From assembly GCA_963811295.1 (NCBI GenBank), contig CAWEQZ010000053.1, positions 9,751-73,750 of the forward strand: 64,000 nt of DNA. The letters are read 5' to 3'. This document shows, piece after piece, positions 61,561-64,000 of this stretch (position 1 is its first letter; every line of letters starts with the position of its first letter). Source of the DNA: an uncultured Rubrobacteraceae bacterium. GTDB taxonomy: Bacteria > Actinomycetota > Rubrobacteria > Rubrobacterales > Rubrobacteraceae. A program made the position numbers and the translations under genes. Below the pieces are notes generated by a model, which saw nothing but the letters and a program-made list of their open reading frames with translations, was not told the DNA's origin and did no database searches.

Positions 61561-62335
61561 TTACCGCTCTATGTTCGATCTTTCAGGCAAGACAGCCCTC
61601 GTCGTCGGTGCCGGCAGCGGTATCGGCGAGGCCAGCGCACAAGGACTCGCGGCCTTCAGCGCGCGCGTCGTGTGCGCCGACGTGGACAGAGAGGCCGCGG
61701 AAGACACTGCCAGCGAGATTAATTCGGAGGGAGGAGAGGCCGAAGCTATAGAGCTTGATATGACGGACCCAGACAGTGTAAGGGAGGCCGTCGAGTCCGT
61801 GGGAGTTCCCGACGTACTGGTGAGTACGCCGTCTGTCAACGTCAGGAAGCCTGTACTCGAGATAACGGATTCAGAGTTCGACCAGATCGTCGAGTTGAAC
61901 TTGAAGGGGACTTTTCGCCTGATCCGGGACTTCGGACGCGGCATGGCCGAGCGCGGCTCGGGCAGCATCATCGCCTTCTCGAGCATCAGGGGACAGGTCG
62001 TCGAACCGGGACAGGGGATCTACGCAGCGACGAAGGCAGGGACAGTGCAGATGCTGCGAGCCCTTGCTTCCGAAGTAGGGTCCCGCGGTGTCAGGGTCAA
62101 CGCCGTAGCCCCTGGCATAGTCGAGACGCCTTTGACGGCCCAGATCAAAGACTCCCCCGACTGGTACGACTCCTACGCGGCCAAGAGCATCCTGGGCCGC
62201 TGGGCCATGCCGCACGAGATGGTCGGGATGGTCCTCTACCTCGCCTCGGAAGCCAGCTCCTACGTCACGGGCTCCTTCATGTTGGTCGACGGCGGTTGGA
62301 CCGCCGCGGACGGGCGATTCACCCCACCACTCTAG
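61553..62335 (+). CDS. Short-chain dehydrogenase/reductase
   Basis: GAGSGIG, YAATK, VNAVAPG, VDGG. Confidence 0.92.
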   Translation: MFDYRSMFDLSGKTALVVGAGSGIGEASAQGLAAFSARVVCADVDREAAEDTASEINSEGGEAEAIELDMTDPDSVREAVESVGVPDVLVSTPSVNVRKPVLEITDSEFDQIVELNLKGTFRLIRDFGRGMAERGSGSIIAFSSIRGQVVEPGQGIYAATKAGTVQMLRALASEVGSRGVRVNAVAPGIVETPLTAQIKDSPDWYDSYAAKSILGRWAMPHEMVGMVLYLASEASSYVTGSFMLVDGGWTAADGRFTPPL

Positions 62336-62413
62336 GGATTGATACCGTTTACGTATGTTCACTTCCGCTGGGCATAATCTCTTGCGCGAGCGCAAGTCGT
62401 ACTCCCTTGCCCC

Positions 62414-62440
62414 CGTCATTCCAGCGTACGCGGGAATCCA
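62414..62440. repeat. CGTC-type REP
   Basis: cgtcattccagcg-ta-cgcgggaatcca, near reverse complement of 42317-42343. Confidence 0.75.
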
Positions 62441-62567
62441 TTGCGGAGGGTCTCGGCATCTCCAACCAGAGGCGGTCTACCGGACTACGCATGACAAAGC
62501 TGCACGCAGATACTGGGGTCCGTATATAGTATTGCTGGTCCGTAGTAAACGGCAGAAGGAGAAGAGC

Positions 62568-63185
62568 ATGGCGGCTAACTCCGGCGGAAACAGAGGTGGC
62601 TCCGTACTGGATCTCAGTACACGAGAGATCGTCATAGCCGGCGTCATAGGCGGTGTCGCGTTATTCCTGGGGGCCACGCGTCTGGGCTTCATACCCGTGC
62701 CCATACCGTTTATAGGCAACGCTACCATAATGCACATCCCGGCCATCCTCGGGGGCGCCATAGAAGGACCCGTGGTCGGTCTGCTAACGGGCGCCATCTT
62801 CGGCATCTTCTCTTTCCTATATGCCGACGTGCCGATCTTCAAGGATCCCATCGTCGCCATCTTGCCACGGTTGCTGATCGGCGTGGTGGCGTGGGCCGTC
62901 TTTGTGAGCCTGCGTCGCTGGAGTGTAGACCTGGCCTCGGTGGGCGCGGGCTTGCTCGGCTCTTTGACCAACTCCGTGGGGGTCCTGGGGCTGGGGCTGA
63001 TCCTGCCCCTGGGACAGCAGAGCTATCTGACCCCCGCCCTGGTCGTGGCCAGCATCCCGCAGGTCATCGCCGAGGCGGTGCTCGCTGCGGTCGTTACGGT
63101 CATCCTGGTGAGGGGCGTGCTGCTGATCCGTAGCGGGCGGACGACGGCGGCGGAGACCGGATCCGACGAAGAGCGCCGGTACTAG
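62568..63185 (+). CDS. ECF transporter S component (PanT-like)
   Basis: LGFIPVP..ATIMHIPAILG..EGP..G..FG and ILPR motifs; followed by an ECF ATPase. Confidence 0.85.
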   Translation: MAANSGGNRGGSVLDLSTREIVIAGVIGGVALFLGATRLGFIPVPIPFIGNATIMHIPAILGGAIEGPVVGLLTGAIFGIFSFLYADVPIFKDPIVAILPRLLIGVVAWAVFVSLRRWSVDLASVGAGLLGSLTNSVGVLGLGLILPLGQQSYLTPALVVASIPQVIAEAVLAAVVTVILVRGVLLIRSGRTTAAETGSDEERRY

Positions 63186-63202
63186 CTGCGGGGAAGGGCG
63201 CG

Positions 63203-64000
63203 ATGATCGAGATCGGGGGCGTCTCTTATACTTACCGGACCGGTAAGGAAGACGCTGTGCCGGCGCTACACAGCGTGAGCCTGAAGCTAGAGCCTGGGCA
63301 ACTCGTCGCGATCATCGGCCAGAACGGCTCCGGGAAGAGCACGCTCGTCAAGTTGCTGACGGCGGTTCTGTATCCGACGGAGGGTGAGATCCGTATAGAC
63401 GGCATACCCGTTGACAGGGAGCACCGTTGGGATGTGCGGCGCAAAGTATCCGTCGTCTTCCAGGACCCCGACGACCAGCTGATAATGAACCGCGTGATAG
63501 ACGACGTGGCTTTCGGCCCGGAGAACCTGGGGCTGGAGCGGGAGGAGATCGAGGAGAGAGTGCACTCATCCGTGCGTATGCTCGGCCTCGAGGAGATCGG
63601 CGGTCGCCTGATCGAGGACCTCTCACCGGGGCAGAAGCAGAGGGTAGCCATAGCCGGCGCCCTGGCGATGCGTCCTCTGTTCTTGATCCTGGACGAACCG
63701 ACCTCGCTTCTGCCAGTGCCTGTCGCGATGCGTCTGATCTCTACCGTAAGAGACCTGAGCCTCCGCGAGAATATGGGCGTCGTGCACGTCACCCACTCCA
63801 TGTACGAGGCCGTCCTCTTCGAGAGGGTCGTTGTCATGGACGCAGGACGTGTAATCCTCGACGGAACCCCGGCCGAGGTCTTCCGCGACGTCGAGCAGTT
63901 GCGGGAGGTCGGACTCGACGTACCCCTCGCCGCGAGCCTCGCCCACCGTCTGCGCGCCCGCGGTATCCCGATCGGAGAAGATATCCTGAACACGTCCGAC
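63203..64000 (+). CDS. ECF transporter ATPase (EcfA/CbiO), runs off window
   Basis: GQNGSGKST, FQDPDDQ, LSPGQKQRVAIAG, LDEPT; absent from ORF track because it has no stop in the window. Confidence 0.92.
   Translation, partial: MIEIGGVSYTYRTGKEDAVPALHSVSLKLEPGQLVAIIGQNGSGKSTLVKLLTAVLYPTEGEIRIDGIPVDREHRWDVRRKVSVVFQDPDDQLIMNRVIDDVAFGPENLGLEREEIEERVHSSVRMLGLEEIGGRLIEDLSPGQKQRVAIAGALAMRPLFLILDEPTSLLPVPVAMRLISTVRDLSLRENMGVVHVTHSMYEAVLFERVVVMDAGRVILDGTPAEVFRDVEQLREVGLDVPLAASLAHRLRARGIPIGEDILNTSD

Noticed and set aside
62355-62567. N-terminal extension of the ECF S component
   Set aside because: It runs through a REP; the strong RBS precedes the ATG at 62568.

Overview
High-GC actinobacterial chromosome segment. 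Gene content and style suggest Rubrobacter/Rubrobacteraceae, but this is inference. The backbone is a dispersed cluster for lipoate and 2-oxoacid/acyl-CoA metabolism: lpdA-lipA-lipB, sucA-sucB, branched-chain ketoacid dehydrogenase E1a/E1b/E2, a large NAD-glutamate dehydrogenase, an isobutyryl-CoA-mutase-type B12 mutase large subunit, meaB, thiolase, acyl-CoA dehydrogenase, acyl-CoA synthetase and a Pat-type acetyltransferase. Accessory stretches (about 3.6-11.3 kb, 19.4-26.5 kb and 35-36.5 kb) hold membrane proteins, a VapBC-type TA pair and many decayed genes: a ZIP transporter, a USP, an FAD-oxidoreductase paralogue, a hydrogenase/NuoB-like relic, an internally deleted SOD and a MazF tail. 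A decayed gamma-CA gene lies outside these stretches at 44.2 kb. The most striking non-coding signal is a family of eight intergenic inverted-repeat elements. They are built from 7/8-nt TCAGC/GCTGA (or TCAGG/CCTGA) tandem units. In the six 8-nt copies, sequence-variable but structure-conserving mini-hairpins sit at a fixed register, and each copy has a unique central spacer. Also seen: GTAG- and CGTC-type REPs, a candidate pseudoknotted ncRNA at 24.0-24.15 kb, two dif-like motifs flanking a GYD gene, and an unannotated 44-aa highly charged peptide behind a SigB/SigF-like promoter. No rRNA, tRNA, CRISPR array or intact transposase was recognised.
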